This document shows positions 50,005 through 64,000 of a DNA stretch of 64,000 nt, piece by piece. Numbering within the stretch: position 1 is the stretch's first letter; each line of letters opens with the position of its first letter. The notes beneath the pieces were generated by a model, which was not told the DNA's origin, searched no databases, and saw only the letters and a list, made by a program, of their open reading frames with translations. The position numbers and the translations under genes were made by a program. Source of the DNA: the human T2T-CHM13v2.0 reference genome, Homo sapiens; assembly GCF_009914755.1 (NCBI RefSeq), contig NC_060929.1. One strand, given 5' to 3'.

Positions 50005-50765
50005 TGCACACACCCCAACACCAGGACACGCAGGCACACACGTGCTCAGACACCAACACCAGGACACGCAGACACACGTGTGCTCAGACACCAACACCAG
50101 GACACGCAGGCACACGTGTGCTCAGACACCAACACCAGGACACGCAGGCACACGTGTGCTCAGACACCAACACCAGGACACGCAGGCACACACGTGGTCA
50201 GACACCAACACCAGTACACGCAGGCACACGTGTGCTCAGACACCAACACCAGGACACGCAGGCACACATATGCTCAGACACCACCAGGACACGCAGACAC
50301 ACGTGTGCTCAGACACCAACACCAGGACACGCAGGCACACATGTGCTCAGACACCAACACCAGGACACGCAGGCACACACGTGCTCAGACACCAACACCA
50401 GGACACGCAGGCACACGTGTGCTCAGACACCAACACCAGGACACGCAGGCACACGTGTGCTCAGACACCAACACCAGGACACGCAGGCACACACGTGCTC
50501 AGACACCAACACCAGGACACGCAGGCACACATATGCTCAAACAGCAGGACACGCAGGCACACATATGCTCAAACAGCAGGACACGCAGGCACACATGTGC
50601 TCAGACACCAACACCAGGACACACAGACGTGCACACATACCACCAGGACACACACACATGTACTCACACACCACCAGGACACACATGTGCACACACACCA
50701 ACAGCAGGACACACACACGTGCTCACACACTCCAACACCAGGACACACATGCAGACACACGTGTG
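50005..50765. repeat. 38-bp VNTR, ~16 core copies plus degenerate tail (GCTCAGACACCAACACCAGGACACGCAGGCACACGTGT)
   Basis: Period 38 (e.g. 50044, 50082, 50120); source of the 274/322/409-aa pseudo-ORFs. Confidence 0.97.
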
Positions 50766-51736
50766 TCTACAGCCAGTGTTTCCCAGCCCAGAGCTGGCTG
50801 CACAGAGCCACACCCAGCCACAGTGAGGCCGCTGCAGTCCCGGGTTTTCACCCCCTCAAGCTCACCCTGCCCCTACTCCAAGGATTCATGCCCCCATCAC
50901 AGGCGGGGCCACCTGTGCCCTCTTCCCAGAGCACTCGAGGCCAGGCACGATCCGGAGCCACTTCCTGCGTAGCCCCCTCCATCTGTGCCCCGAGAAACCA
51001 AGGACTCCGAAGGACAAGGATCAGACCACGAATGACAAAGAACCTTGGCCCAGAGAGCCAGGACTCCATCCCTGACTGCCTGCCTCCCCACCTTGTTTCC
51101 TTACAGCTCAGCACCTGCCAGGGACGTCAAATACACCCCACCCAGCCCCAGGGGTTCCCCACTGCTAGAAGACCACCTTCAGCTCCAGCTACACCTTCCC
51201 TTCCCGTTGTCCACACCTTCCCCCTCCTCCTCAACCTGCCTGGACGTCCAGACCCCCCGAGCAGGCACTGAATGACCCCGTTCCCCTCCGGGTGGTCCCC
51301 ACTCATGTCCATGGCCTCATCCTGGACTTGGCAAACAGGGCCCGCCCCAGGACTTCGCACGGCTGTCCTTGGGCCACACATCTGGGCGATTCGGGGCCGG
51401 GGCTCCTCTTCCTGGACATGGCCTCTGCAGGTCAGGCCCTCCCTGCTCGCCCAGGTGCGTCATCAGAACCCTTGGTCTGGCTGGCGGAGAAGACAGCACA
51501 AGCGCCTGGATCTGCCCCTCCCCCGGCACCAGCTCCCCGGGGCCTGGCGCACTGTGAGGAGAATCATGGATGTCGGCGCCAGCGCTGTGGAAGACACCCT
51601 AAGGGGGTCCAGTGAGCTGTGGCAGAAGGAGCAGTCTCTCTTGCCGGGCTGGTTCCTGGGCTCCTGGTTCCTGAGTGACCCTGGAGCAGGGATAGCCGCC
51701 GGCACCCGCCCCTCCTCTTCTCAGAAGTGGTCACGC

Positions 51737-52208
51737 TGTGTCCAGAGTTGGTTCCTTCCAGTGGGTTCTTGGTTTATGCTGACTTCAAGAATGAAGTCCC
51801 AGATCTTTGCAGTGTTACAGCTCTTAAACGTGGCACGGACCCAAAGAGTGAGCAGCAGCAAGATTTATTGCAAAAGGGGAAAAGCGGAAAAAAACACAAA
51901 CCTTCCACATCATTGAAATGAACCCCAGGGCACCACCCACTGCCGGCGGGGTGGGGCAGGGCAGGGCGGCTTTTATTCCCTTATTTGACCCCACCCACAT
52001 CCTGCTGATTGGTCCATTTTACAGAACACTGATTGGTTCATTTTACAGAGTGCTGATTGCTCCATTTTTACAGAGTGCTGATTGGTGCATTTACAAACCT
52101 TTAGCTACACACAGAGCTGCTCATTGGTGTGTTTACAATCCTTTAGCTAGACAGAAAAGTTCTACAAGTCCCCACCCTACCCAGAGGCCCAGCGGGCTTC
52201 ACCTCTCA
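51737..52208 (-). mobile_element. LTR12-family (ERV9; LTR12F-like) solo LTR
   Basis: Minus strand begins TGAGAGGTGAAGCC and ends GGACACA; repeated GCTGATTGGTNCATTTTACAGA units; GAGTGAGCAGCAGCAAGATTTATTG. Confidence 0.9.
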
Positions 52209-52224
52209 ACCTCATAGGGCCTCC

Positions 52225-52421
52225 TCCTCTGTGTGCCTCTCTCCTCGTCTGTTTCTGATTTGCCAGTGGGCTTAGAGCCCGCTCACATAAACTGGGGCGA
52301 CTTCAGCTGGAGATCTTTACCCCACATGCAAAGATTCTTTTCCAAATAAGGTCATATTCTCGGGTTCCAGGAATCAGGACATAGATGTAGCTCTTTGGAG
52401 GCCACCGTTTAGTTTACTACA
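52225..52421 (-). mobile_element. MLT1 LTR fragment
   Basis: TGCAAAGATTCTTTTCCAAATAAGGTCATATTC...GGTTCCAGG...TACTACA. Confidence 0.7.
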
Positions 52422-54719
52422 AACCTTGAAACCAAAACAGGATCAAGGTCCAAACTTAGAAGGACTTGGGCTCCAGAGAGAGGCCCAGGAAGCTAAGCCC
52501 CACTGCCCGACACAGCCCTGTGTGCACAGTGGGAGCCCCAGGGTGTCTGTTCAACTGCAACACACAGCTTTCTACCAGGTCCTTAACACATGCTGGGTCC
52601 TAACATGTGCCCTGAGGTGAGCCGGGGATACTCGACTCCAGGGCACTGGCCAGAAGCCTTGGACCTGCACCCACCACCCAGGCCTCTGAAAGGAGAGCAA
52701 GCTGAAGTCTTGACTTTGAAACAGCTGCAGGGGTCGCCCCTCACCCAAGCTTGGGGTGGGGGGGGGGCTCTGGGCGGCAGCAGGTGCACTTTGGGAGCCT
52801 CCGATGGTCCCCACAGCTGGGCTCCCTCCTCATCCCCATGGGCGTAGCCCACCAGGTGGCTGCTGAGTCCTCATGGTCCGTAGGCAAGAGGAAGGGGGAA
52901 AGTGTGAGCCCTTGGCCTCCACGGCAGCCGGCTGGGATCCTGGCGGGGGACCCTCGCTGGTAACAGCATCTCCCCAGGACGTGCGGCCCCAGTGCCTGCA
53001 CCCAAGCCCAGCCCTGGTGGGGAGCAGCCCCTGGAAGGCAGGAACCACTCCAGGCAAATGCAGCTGGTGCTCAGCTACATCCTCACGAGGGCCCTGGGCC
53101 CCAAACCAAGAGGCGGCTCAGCCTGACAGATGCGGTTCTGGGAGCTGGGGCGGTTGACACTGCCTGGGCCTTGCCGGCTTGGCCTTCTCTGAGGGGTGGT
53201 GTCCACACAGCAGCAATGGTGCCACATGCCGGAACCTGGAACCGAGGTTGCCTCGAGAACTGTTTGGGCAGTGGCCCTAGCGGGTGTGGGTGCCGGGAAA
53301 CAGGAGGCAGAGTGGCCCCCATGTTCCTCTGTAGGCGTCCGCACAGCCTGCCTTCCCCGAGTGCACACGGCGAGCTTGCTTGACCCTGGGGTGGCCACGG
53401 CCCACTTTTGTGACCCACGTCCCTCCTCCCGGCAGGCCCCGTGTCTTTGGGGAAGGTGAGTAATTCTGAATCTGGTTCCCGAGCCCCACTTCCCAGTCTA
53501 GGGCCACTACGTCCCCACGGTTCTGGGACACTTGCTGAGACAAAGGCAGATTTTGTGAGTCAAAAGGGACTTTCCACATCTCCAAACGGCGTTTCCGGAT
53601 GCATGGGCCTCAGGGCTCTGATCCCAAGAAGTGCCAAGAAGACCTCTGTGGTCACAGATGCGGACCAGGCCGGGACATGCTGGAAGGTGTCAGGACACGC
53701 CCGGCCTGCACCTCTGTCTCCCAGAGCATCCCAGGTCTCAGGGCATCAAACGCTCCGAGGTCGGTGACCAGGCACCACCGCCTTGGCCTCAACCAGCACC
53801 CCAGAGGCGCCGTCCTGCCCTCAGAAGGCCCCCCAGAAACGCTGTTTCCCATCGCTGGCTGGCTGTCTCGTACCAGCCGCTGCAGCCCCGGCCCACCTGC
53901 ATGCAGGGAGCAGGGCCCCATGGGAACCCAGGCAGATCCCCCTCCTGAGAAAGGTGGCCCTGCCCCAGCCAGCACATCCCAGGCGATGAGGCATGTGATC
54001 CCCATGGCCCCTCGGGTGAATCCTGACCGCCAATCTGCACACACAGCCACACCTGCGTCTCCATCTCCCTCGGTTCTGTTCCCCCCCACCGGGTCTGGAA
54101 GACACTGGTAAGCAGGGGAGGAGGAAACAGGTGCAGCTCCAGCGAGGCGGTGCTCCCTGCTGGTGAGTGGGTGCCCCCTGCTGGTGAGGGGGGGTGCTCC
54201 CTGCTGGCTTCCCCTCCCCACAGCTGTCCCTGGAGGGAGGCGTCATTCTGTAAACAGGGAGATGGGGTTCAGGACGGTGCCAGCATGCCCAGCAATCCCG
54301 GAGTTCCCCGTGCTCAGGAACTCGCACCGCTGGCTCCACGCTCTCTACTCCAGTGGGACAAGAAAGCTCTGCTCACCAGGCAACGAGAGGCGCAAGGGCG
54401 GAGCCCAGGGCCCCGGGGAGGGCTCAGGTGGCTGGCGGAGGGGGTGCAGGGAAGGGAGATTCACCCAGGAGGGCCATTGACAAGCACTGGCTGGGGAGGG
54501 ATGTGGTCACTGCACCGGCATGACAGCTCGGAGTAGCTTCTAGGTGACCACGCCATGGGAGAATGTTCTGAGGGGAACCCCTTGGGAGGCTCAGCATGAG
54601 GCAGAGCCGTTGGGGGCTGCAGCCAAGGTGGGCAAGCTGGGCCTGGGCCAGTTCAGAGCAGCCAGGCTGAGGGGGAGGGTGGACACGGGACGTTTATACC
54701 AATACGCTCGGGCCGCTGT

Positions 54720-55050
54720 GGAAATGAGTGCAGCCAGGCTGTGCACACCACAGACACGTCTCGAAGCCTCGGGCCTGAAGTCCCAGGTCAGTGTGTGGCT
54801 GGGCTGCTCCCCTGAGCTGTAGGCGGGCACCGGTTCCGGCCTCTTCTTGGCTTGCAGGCCCCAGCTTCTCCCTGTGTCTCTGTATCGTCCCTGCTCTGTG
54901 AGTGTCTATTTCTGTGTCCAAATTCCCCCTTTTAATAAGGACACCCGTTATATTGAATTAGGATGCACCCCTGTGAGCTGTCACTTGATGACCTCTGCAA
55001 ACAGCTCCCTCCCAATACCATCACATTCTCAAGTGCTAGGCAGTAGGACC
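54720..55050 (-). mobile_element. MLT1 (MLT1B/C-like) LTR fragment
   Basis: TGTGTCCAAATTCCCCCTTTTAATAAGGACACC...ATTAGG...CTCTGCAAA...TCACATTCT. Confidence 0.75.
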
Positions 55051-55284
55051 CCCAGTCCTCTCCCAGTCCTAATGGAGAGATGTCACTGAGCCTGTAACTT
55101 GGCTGTCCCAGCCGTCCCTGCTGCCACGGGCACCACAGCCGCCATGGGCACCAGAGCCGCCACGGGCACCACAGCTGTCCCTGCCTCCCTCTCTGTGCTC
55201 TCCCCTGGCTTGTTTTCTGTATCTCCTGGGATGGAGGCTCCCTGGGGACTGTCTTCCCCACTGTGTCCTCAGCACCCAGACCTC

Positions 55285-55485
55285 ACTGGGACAGCAGCCA
55301 CTAAGCTTGTGTGGTCACTGAAGTTTATATTTAAGTTAAAATTTTTTTTAAAAAATGAAGAATCCAGGTCCTCAGCCACAGCAGCTACAGCTCAAGTGCC
55401 GATAGCCACATGTGGCCGGTGGCTGCTGCATAGGACAGCGTGGACAAGGAATAACTCCGTTGGTGCAGAGAGGCCACTGGACACT
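55285..55485. mobile_element. MER3-like hAT-Charlie DNA transposon
   Basis: CTCAAGTGCCGATAGCCACATGTGGCCGGTGGCT...GGACAGCG with an AT-rich core. Confidence 0.7.
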
Positions 55486-55944
55486 CAGGCAGAGACAAGA
55501 GGGTTCGCCGGGACAAATCAACAGATGAACAAATTCAGAACAAAATGCTTAGTGAGGGAGAAGTGAACTTTCATTTTGCCCAAGTCACCATTATCATGGG
55601 TGCTGCTGGCAGGATCAGACCTGGTCATGTGGAGTCTGAAGTGCTCCCAGCCACCAACTGTGGCTGTTGCTTAGAGATACCCCTCTTCCCTGCAGCCCTG
55701 CAGGACTTCCCGGGGCTTCCTGGCCTCCACCTTTGCTTCTGGTGCTAGAGGCGGGGCAGGTGGCGTCAGGGTGGCCACTCCCCTCCCCAGAGCTGCACTG
55801 GGCCGCAGTCAGTTCACCCGGCCACCCCTGGCAGCATCTCTGGGCCCCAGACAGGGCCCCTCCATACAGAGCCCAGACGCTCCACAGGGCAGGGGCAGCC
55901 CAGCCCTATAAGCCCTGGTGCCCCCATAATCAGGAGGAAGAAAA

Positions 55945-56400
55945 CCTCCCCCGTCTCCTGTCCCCTCTCTCCCCTCTCCCCTCCCCCCTCGCCCCTCCCG
56001 TCTCCCCTCTCCCCTCTCTCCTCTCCCCTCTCCCCTCTTCCCTCTCCCCTCTCCCCTCCACCCTCTCCTGTCTCCCCTCTCCCTTCTCCCCTTTCCCCTC
56101 TCCCCTCCCCACTCTCTCATCTTCGCTGTCCCCTCCCCTCTCTGCCCTCCACTCCCCCCTCCCCTCCCCCTCCCCTTTCCCCTCCCCACTCCCCTCTCTC
56201 CCCTCTCCCCTCTCTTCCCTGTTCTCTGCTTCTCTGTGTGTGTCTCTCTCTCTGTCTCTCTTTCTGTCTCTGTCCATCTGTCTCTGTCTGTTTTTCTGTC
56301 TCTGTGTCTCTGTCTCTCGCTGTCTCTGTCTGGCTGTCTCTGTCTCCCTGTCTCTCTGTCTCTGTCTCTGTGTCTCTCTCTGTCCCCCTCCCCTCTTCCT
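55945..56400 (+). repeat. Polypyrimidine tract: (CCCTCT)n-like followed by (TCTG/TC)n
   Basis: Direct read. Confidence 0.93.
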
Positions 56401-56954
56401 GAGCCACTGCCCAGAACTCCAGGCAGGAGGTGCTCACGGCCCTCCCCACATCTTCCCCCTAGAATACCCGTGACCATCAGCTGCCCCCCCATACACACCC
56501 CTCCCCTCCAATCCCAAACTCACTCAGAGCCCCTGTTCTTTGGGCAACGTGCTCAGAACTCAGGGGAGGTAAGGGGGAGTAGGTCAGCAGAAGAGGAAAT
56601 GGACTTTCCTGGCCCATTCTCCATCCTGGGAGGGCACTGGGCCCTGGGCCCTGGGCCCCAGGCCCCGGGCCCAGGTATTCATGGTAACGGGGGCTGAGAG
56701 GCGGCCAAAGAAGGCTTGTTCCCGTGCCGGGCACCACAGAGCTTACGGCTCCATCTGTGACACGGGCCTTCCTTCCCTGAGGGCCCCAACACAGCCTCCT
56801 GGGCAACATGCCCCTCCATCCGCAGGGTCAGAAGCCGCAGCTCAAGGATCACCTGCGGAAGGTGGCATTTCCCAAGACTGGAGCTTCCCGACATCCCGCC
56901 ACCTCCCGCAGCGCTGGTGCCAGTCCTGTCGGATAAGGGGCAAGTGTAAGACCG

Positions 56955-57312
56955 GCCTCATCAGCTCCAGCAATTGTAACAAAGCGCCATGGGCGGGGGC
57001 TTCAACACTAGAAATTGTTCCCTCGCAGCCTGGGGGCTGGAAGTCCAAGACCAAGGGGCTGCTGGGCGGTTTCTCCCAAGGCCTATTCATGGCCCGCAGA
57101 CGGTGGCTTCTCCTGTGTCCTCCCACGGCCGCTCCTCTGCACACACGCATCCCTGGTGTCGCTTTCTCTTCTTACAAGGACACGTCCTATTGGGTCAGGG
57201 CCTTCCTCACAACCTCATTTAACCTTAAGTCCCTCCCTCAAGGTCCTAGCTCCAGATACAGTCCCGTTGGGGCTGGGCCTCAGCTGCGAATCTGGGGGCA
57301 CGACTCAGTCGG
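56955..57312 (-). mobile_element. MLT1A-like LTR
   Basis: GGCTGGAAGTCCAAGA, TCTTCTTACAAGGACAC, ACCTCATTTAACCTTAA. Confidence 0.8.
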
Positions 57313-57523
57313 CAGCTGTCTGTGTCCTGCATGCGCCTCCACTGACCTTCCCAGGGTTCTCCCTGTGTCCTGGTGCTGCTTCTTCACCCAGAGCGCTGCC
57401 ACCCACTGCTGAGCTTCAGACATGTGACCTGCCCAGTCCCCTCTGCAAGCCCTGCACCTTCCTCAGTACCAACCAGCAAACCCGTGGCTGCACCGGGGCC
57501 AGCAGACACTCTCGGGCAGAGTG

Positions 57524-57712
57524 CTGGGCACCCTGGCCTCCTGGGCACCCTGGCGCTTGGCACCCTGGCCTCCTGGGCACCCTGGCGCTGGGAAACCTGG
57601 CCTCCTGGGCACCCTGGCGCTGGGAAACCTGGCCTCCTGGGCACCCTGGCGCTGGGAAACCTGGCCTCCTGGGCACCCTGGCGCTGCGAAACCTGGCCTC
57701 TTGGGCACCCTG
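57524..57712. repeat. 32-bp (15+17 dimeric) tandem repeat, ~6 copies (CTGGGCACCCTGGCGCTGGGAAACCTGGCCTC)
   Basis: Starts at 57541, 57573, 57605, 57637, 57669 and 57701. Confidence 0.93.
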
Positions 57713-57817
57713 CCCTCCTACCCCTGGCTGGCTCGGGCGGCTGTCACCAGTGTGTTCTAAGACTGCAGCCCAGAACCAAGAAATAGGGAGGGGGCGAACA
57801 GCCCTGCAGGGAGGGGC

Positions 57818-57937
57818 ACACCCGCCAACCTCAGAGAGGGGACCTGGACGCACCCACCACCCTCAGGGAGAGGACGTGGACGCACCCACCAACCTCAGGG
57901 AGGGGACCTGGACGCACCCGCCAACCTCAGGGAGGGG
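57818..57937. repeat. ~32-bp tandem repeat, ~3.5 copies (GGACGCACCCRCCAACCTCAGGGAGGGGACCT)
   Basis: Direct read. Confidence 0.85.
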
Positions 57938-60188
57938 AAGTTGGCCGGCGCAGCGCCGGGTGGCGGGAGAGGATGGTGTCTGGGGCTTACGCCATGCCCA
58001 AGCTCCCACAAGGCAGGGGCCCACGTCCCGGGCTCCACGCCAGGGCCTTGCTCTGCCAGGGCAGCTCAGGGCAGCTCCAACAAGGAGTGGCCCCTTTGAA
58101 CGAGATCCTGGAGAGTCAGGGTTTTCACTCCAGCTTTAAACCAGTTGCTCCCAGGCCGCCGCCACTGCCCCCACCCACCTGTTCTTGGTCCCAGCATCAT
58201 CATGACAATTTGGGGGCAGGAATTCAACTGTGGAACGGGAGGAGCCCTCAGCTCCGGGTCACGCTGGGTGGAGGGCACGGTGAGGTCACGCTGGGTCATG
58301 GTGAGCTGGTGAGGCAGGCAGCCTGGTGGGCACCCGCCTTGAAAATGACCCCTCAAACCAGCGGACCGCACCACACTTTACAATTGAGTACAGCTATTTA
58401 TCCATTAACACCTGCACCACTTCCAGACCAACAGATCACCAGGCTGCAGTGGGGACATGTGAGAAAATTACAGGCAAGGAAGCAAAGACTAGAACCAGGT
58501 GTGTCTCTGAGTTCCAGCCCTGCTGAAATGCCCGTCTGAATAAACAGGGGCCACTGCCATCCCGGCTGCGCATGCACAGGCCTCCGAGCCGCAGAAAGCA
58601 GGGATGACACCAATGTGGCTTTAAACCAGTGTTCAATTCCCATGGCTGATTCGGAACGTCCTGAGGCAAAACGTGAAGTTTACTGCATCCGAGGAAGGAA
58701 GTGCAGCACCCACAGCAGCAGCCAGCACCACTGGACCAACCGGGCCGGGGCTGGGGAAGGAGCATGTGCTGTCGGCACGGCCAGGCCGGGCCTGGAGGGC
58801 TGGAGAGAGCCTGCGTGGGACAGCAGCTGGAGGCCGCAGGGGGCCCAGGGATCACCCCTTCTTCAAAGGGAACCTGGCCGAGAACTCGGCCCTCACACTT
58901 GGGTGTGGGGTCTCTGGAGACAGGACAGTGAGTGGCCACAAGGGCCAGGCAGGGGCCGCTGCCAGTGGGCCTGGAAGACCAGCGAGGGCTCATGTCCATC
59001 ACACGGTCTGTGCAGTAAATGATGGCCGGTTCCGCAGACCCCCTCCCTGTGGGGACACAGCTGCTGGGGTGGTCACCCCTCCCCCTAATTCCCAGCTGAG
59101 GTGCCCCTGCAGAAGCCCCGAGTGCCCAGCGGGGTAATTGCGGCCAGGTGCTTGCTCTTGGAGCACTGAGGAGCCATCGGAGGCTGCAGGCTGCCTAGCG
59201 GCCAGGCTTGCTGCCCCTTCCTGGAATCTGCCCACAGGAAGTCAGAGGCTGCCAGCCCCTTCACTGACCTTTCCAGGACCAGCCAGGAAGGGCTCACAAA
59301 GGATGTTATTTGAAACAGGAAGGTCCCTGGACAAAAATATCTCTTCCAAGAGGCCTGAAAGAGCACCTTGCAGAGAGTAATTTAGATTAAACAGGACCCC
59401 CTCCCTGGAGAGCCTGCCTAGGTGTGAATTGATTTAATCAAACTGGCCTCCTCTCAGAAAACTAGAGGCCAGGATCAAGCGCCTCTGTCCTCTGCAGAAG
59501 GAAGGGGCTGGGGGTGCGGGAGGGTTTAGTTTATCTCTAGGCCCCTACTGTCTGCTTGCATTTTCTTTTTGGTATTTTTTGTATTGTGATAAAATACACA
59601 TAACATTTTACCATTTTTACCATTTTTGGGTGAGCAGTTCAGTGGCATTAAATGCAGTCACAATGCTGTAAAACCATCACCGCCATCCTTCTCCAGAACT
59701 TCCTTTGCAAAACTGCAGCTCTGCACCCATTAAACTGACTCCCATTCCCCTCCCCCAGCCCCTGGCAGTCCCCGTTCTGCCTCCGTCTCCCAGAATTTGA
59801 CAACTCCAGGCTCTGCCTGCAACTGTTATTCTGCAGGATTGACCTTTCTGTGTCTGGCTGCCCCATCCCTCCTCATTCCCAAAGGCTCTCCCTGGAACCT
59901 GCTCCCAGCAGGAGGGGCCATTCCCTGGTCACCCACCTTCTTGAGGCTCCTCTGGGAGAGTCTCCAGGTCTGTGATGAGACCTCAGGGACCTGCCAGCAG
60001 GTGGGCTTTTGGAGTGGAGTTGTGGGAGCCCAGATGCTGGTAACCCCTGGAGGTGACCACCTGGGCCAGTGACCACGGACCTCCAGGCCTGGGTCCTCTG
60101 ACCTGGCCGTGGAATGAAGCCTGGGGTGCCTGCATGTGGGTGGGAGCAGTGGTGGCCTGCTGAGAGGTGTTCAAAGCCATCTCTGCAG

Positions 60189-60759
60189 TGTAAACAAAAA
60201 ATAAAATTCTAAGGCTCCTCCCCGACCGTCTGGATGGACCCCTCCTCTGGGCCAGGACACCCCAACGTTAACCAGAAAGACTGCCTCAGGCCACGACGGG
60301 AAGCGGTGGTCGGCCATGCCTCATGCCGCCCTCCTCCCTTTCGGAATTTAGGAAAAGCCGACCAGCAGTAACATCAACACAGACCTTAAGTCTGGTAAGA
60401 AACACCATACAATCTCTTCTCTCTGGAGCCTGCTACCTGGAGGCTTCACCTGCATGATGAAACCTTGGCCTCCACAGCCCCTTACCCTAACCCAGACATT
60501 CCTTTCTATTGATAGTAACTCCCAAACAATTGCCAATCAGAACATTTTTAAATCTACCTATGACCTGGAAGCCCCACTTGGAGCTGTCCCGCCTTTCTGG
60601 ACCTGACCAATGTATATCTTAAATGTCTCATGCCCGCCTGAACTAAGGCCCAGCTGCACCCGCCCACCTCCCGAGGGCCGTGTCACTGCACAGTCACTCT
60701 GTGTGGCTCAGAATCAATCTCTTCAAATATTTCACAGACTTTCGCTCTTTTCATCGACA
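60189..60759 (+). mobile_element. MER4-family ERV1 solo LTR
   Basis: Start TGTAAACAAAAAATAAAATTCTAAG; end GGCTCAGAATCAATCTCTTCAAATATTT...TCGACA. Confidence 0.85.
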
Positions 60760-60830
60760 GGCTTATTTCGTTCACACAATGTCCTCAGCCTCCATCCATG
60801 TGGCAGTGTGTGTCTGAATTTCCTTTCTTT

Positions 60831-62233
<1,403 letters not shown>

Positions 62234-62278
62234 TTTGTTGATACTTTTTAAGGCTAAATAATATTCCACTACATGTAC

Positions 62279-62706
62279 TATCAAAATGTTATACAAAATT
62301 ATAACAAATTTAGCTGTAGATTGAATTGGCCTTTATTCTCGATTCACGAATGGGGCAGCCTCAGTCGAGGAATGAGAGCTCCCCCTGGGCAATGGCCAAC
62401 AGTGGGTTTTGTAAAGTGGGTACAGGGACACGGAACAGAAGAAAGGCTGACGGTTGACATCGGGTTCCCTCAGGTTCCTTGTTGTAAGGGTTAAAGCAGA
62501 GGGACTTCCTTTGTACACTGACCAGGTAGACTGCAGTCTCCTGTTTTCAGGAAAAACTGGTCAGCTTTGGGATCTATCTGCTTCCTTAAAGTTTCAGTTT
62601 GATGATGCCATTTAGCCTTCAGGCCAAACCAAAATGGAGTGATGTATTGGGGCCTGGTGTAGGAGCTCCATTCAAAACAACAGCTGCCCATAATTTTTGT
62701 TTAAAA
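62279..62706 (-). mobile_element. Diverged ERV1 solo LTR (LTR24/MER57-like; family uncertain)
   Basis: Non-L1 insert flanked by 4-bp TSD GTAC (62275-62278 and 62707-62710); AATAAA on the minus strand; CAAAATGGAGT motif. Confidence 0.65.
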
Positions 62707-63009
62707 GTACATGTCACATTTTATGAATCCGTTCATCCACCCACGGACAACTGGGTTGCTTCCACCTGTGTCTACCGTGAATGATGCTCCCAGGAACATG
62801 GATGTGCAAATGTCTCTCTGAGCCCCTACACCCAGAAGGGGGACTGTGGATCCTACGATGCCGCACCCAGAGGGGGACTGTGGATCCTATGATGCTACCG
62901 TGTGAGCTTCTGACATCTGTTTTCCAGCCATGCCACTTTACATTCCCACAAGCAGCGCACAAGGGTCCCCACTTGTAACATCCTCACCAACACGGTATTG
63001 TCCATTCTA

Positions 63010-63818
<809 letters not shown>

Positions 63819-64000
63819 TTAAAAGGGTGTATTTGTTTGCTGTTGCTGTTGAGTTGTAGGAGTTCTTGGCATCCTCTGGGTATGAACCCCTCATCAGCTC
63901 TATGATTTGCAAATGCTCTCTCCCATCCCGGGAGCTGTTCTTCTACTCTGTGTGTGTCCTCTGATGTGTGTTTGCATTTTTTTTAGTCTGTGCTTGTAGT

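Noticed and set aside
50002-51271. 274/322/409-aa His/Thr-rich ORFs
   Set aside because: All three + frames are open because the 38-bp repeat is T-poor; no coding signature.
57015-58139. 374-aa ORF
   Set aside because: Runs through an MLT1 LTR and two minisatellites in GC-rich DNA; no recognisable domain.

Overview
Human (or near-identical great-ape) genomic DNA, GC-rich and subtelomeric in character. It holds the 5' part of SLC12A7 (K-Cl cotransporter KCC4, known locus 5p15.33, neighbour of TERT) on the minus strand. Coding exons 1-5 are at 25681-25558, 6566-6472, 5973-5851, 1435-1289 and 667-613; all have GT-AG boundaries with matching phases, and the gene continues past position 1. A CpG-island promoter lies at about 25.0-26.0 kb. 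The ~38 kb upstream has no recognisable coding exon. The non-coding DNA is dense in minisatellites and transposon relics: Alus, old L1, and LTR8, MER41B, LTR12F-like, MER4 and MLT1 LTRs, plus MER53 and MER3. Best leads: (1) a ~2 kb 27-bp intronic VNTR whose unit contains TCTAACCCT, matching the telomerase RNA template region and oriented like the native 5p telomere; (2) E-box-loaded VNTRs; (3) a MER41B LTR with both STAT1 GAS sites intact; (4) an LTR12-type CCAAT promoter pointing at the gene; (5) a non-Alu ~80-110 bp inverted repeat in intron 1; (6) a TSD-resolved nested transposon stack at 59.6-64 kb. I cannot show a new biological system from sequence alone. Repeat family names come from memory of consensus sequences, and all functional ideas are hypotheses. 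Almost all ORF-track entries are spurious.
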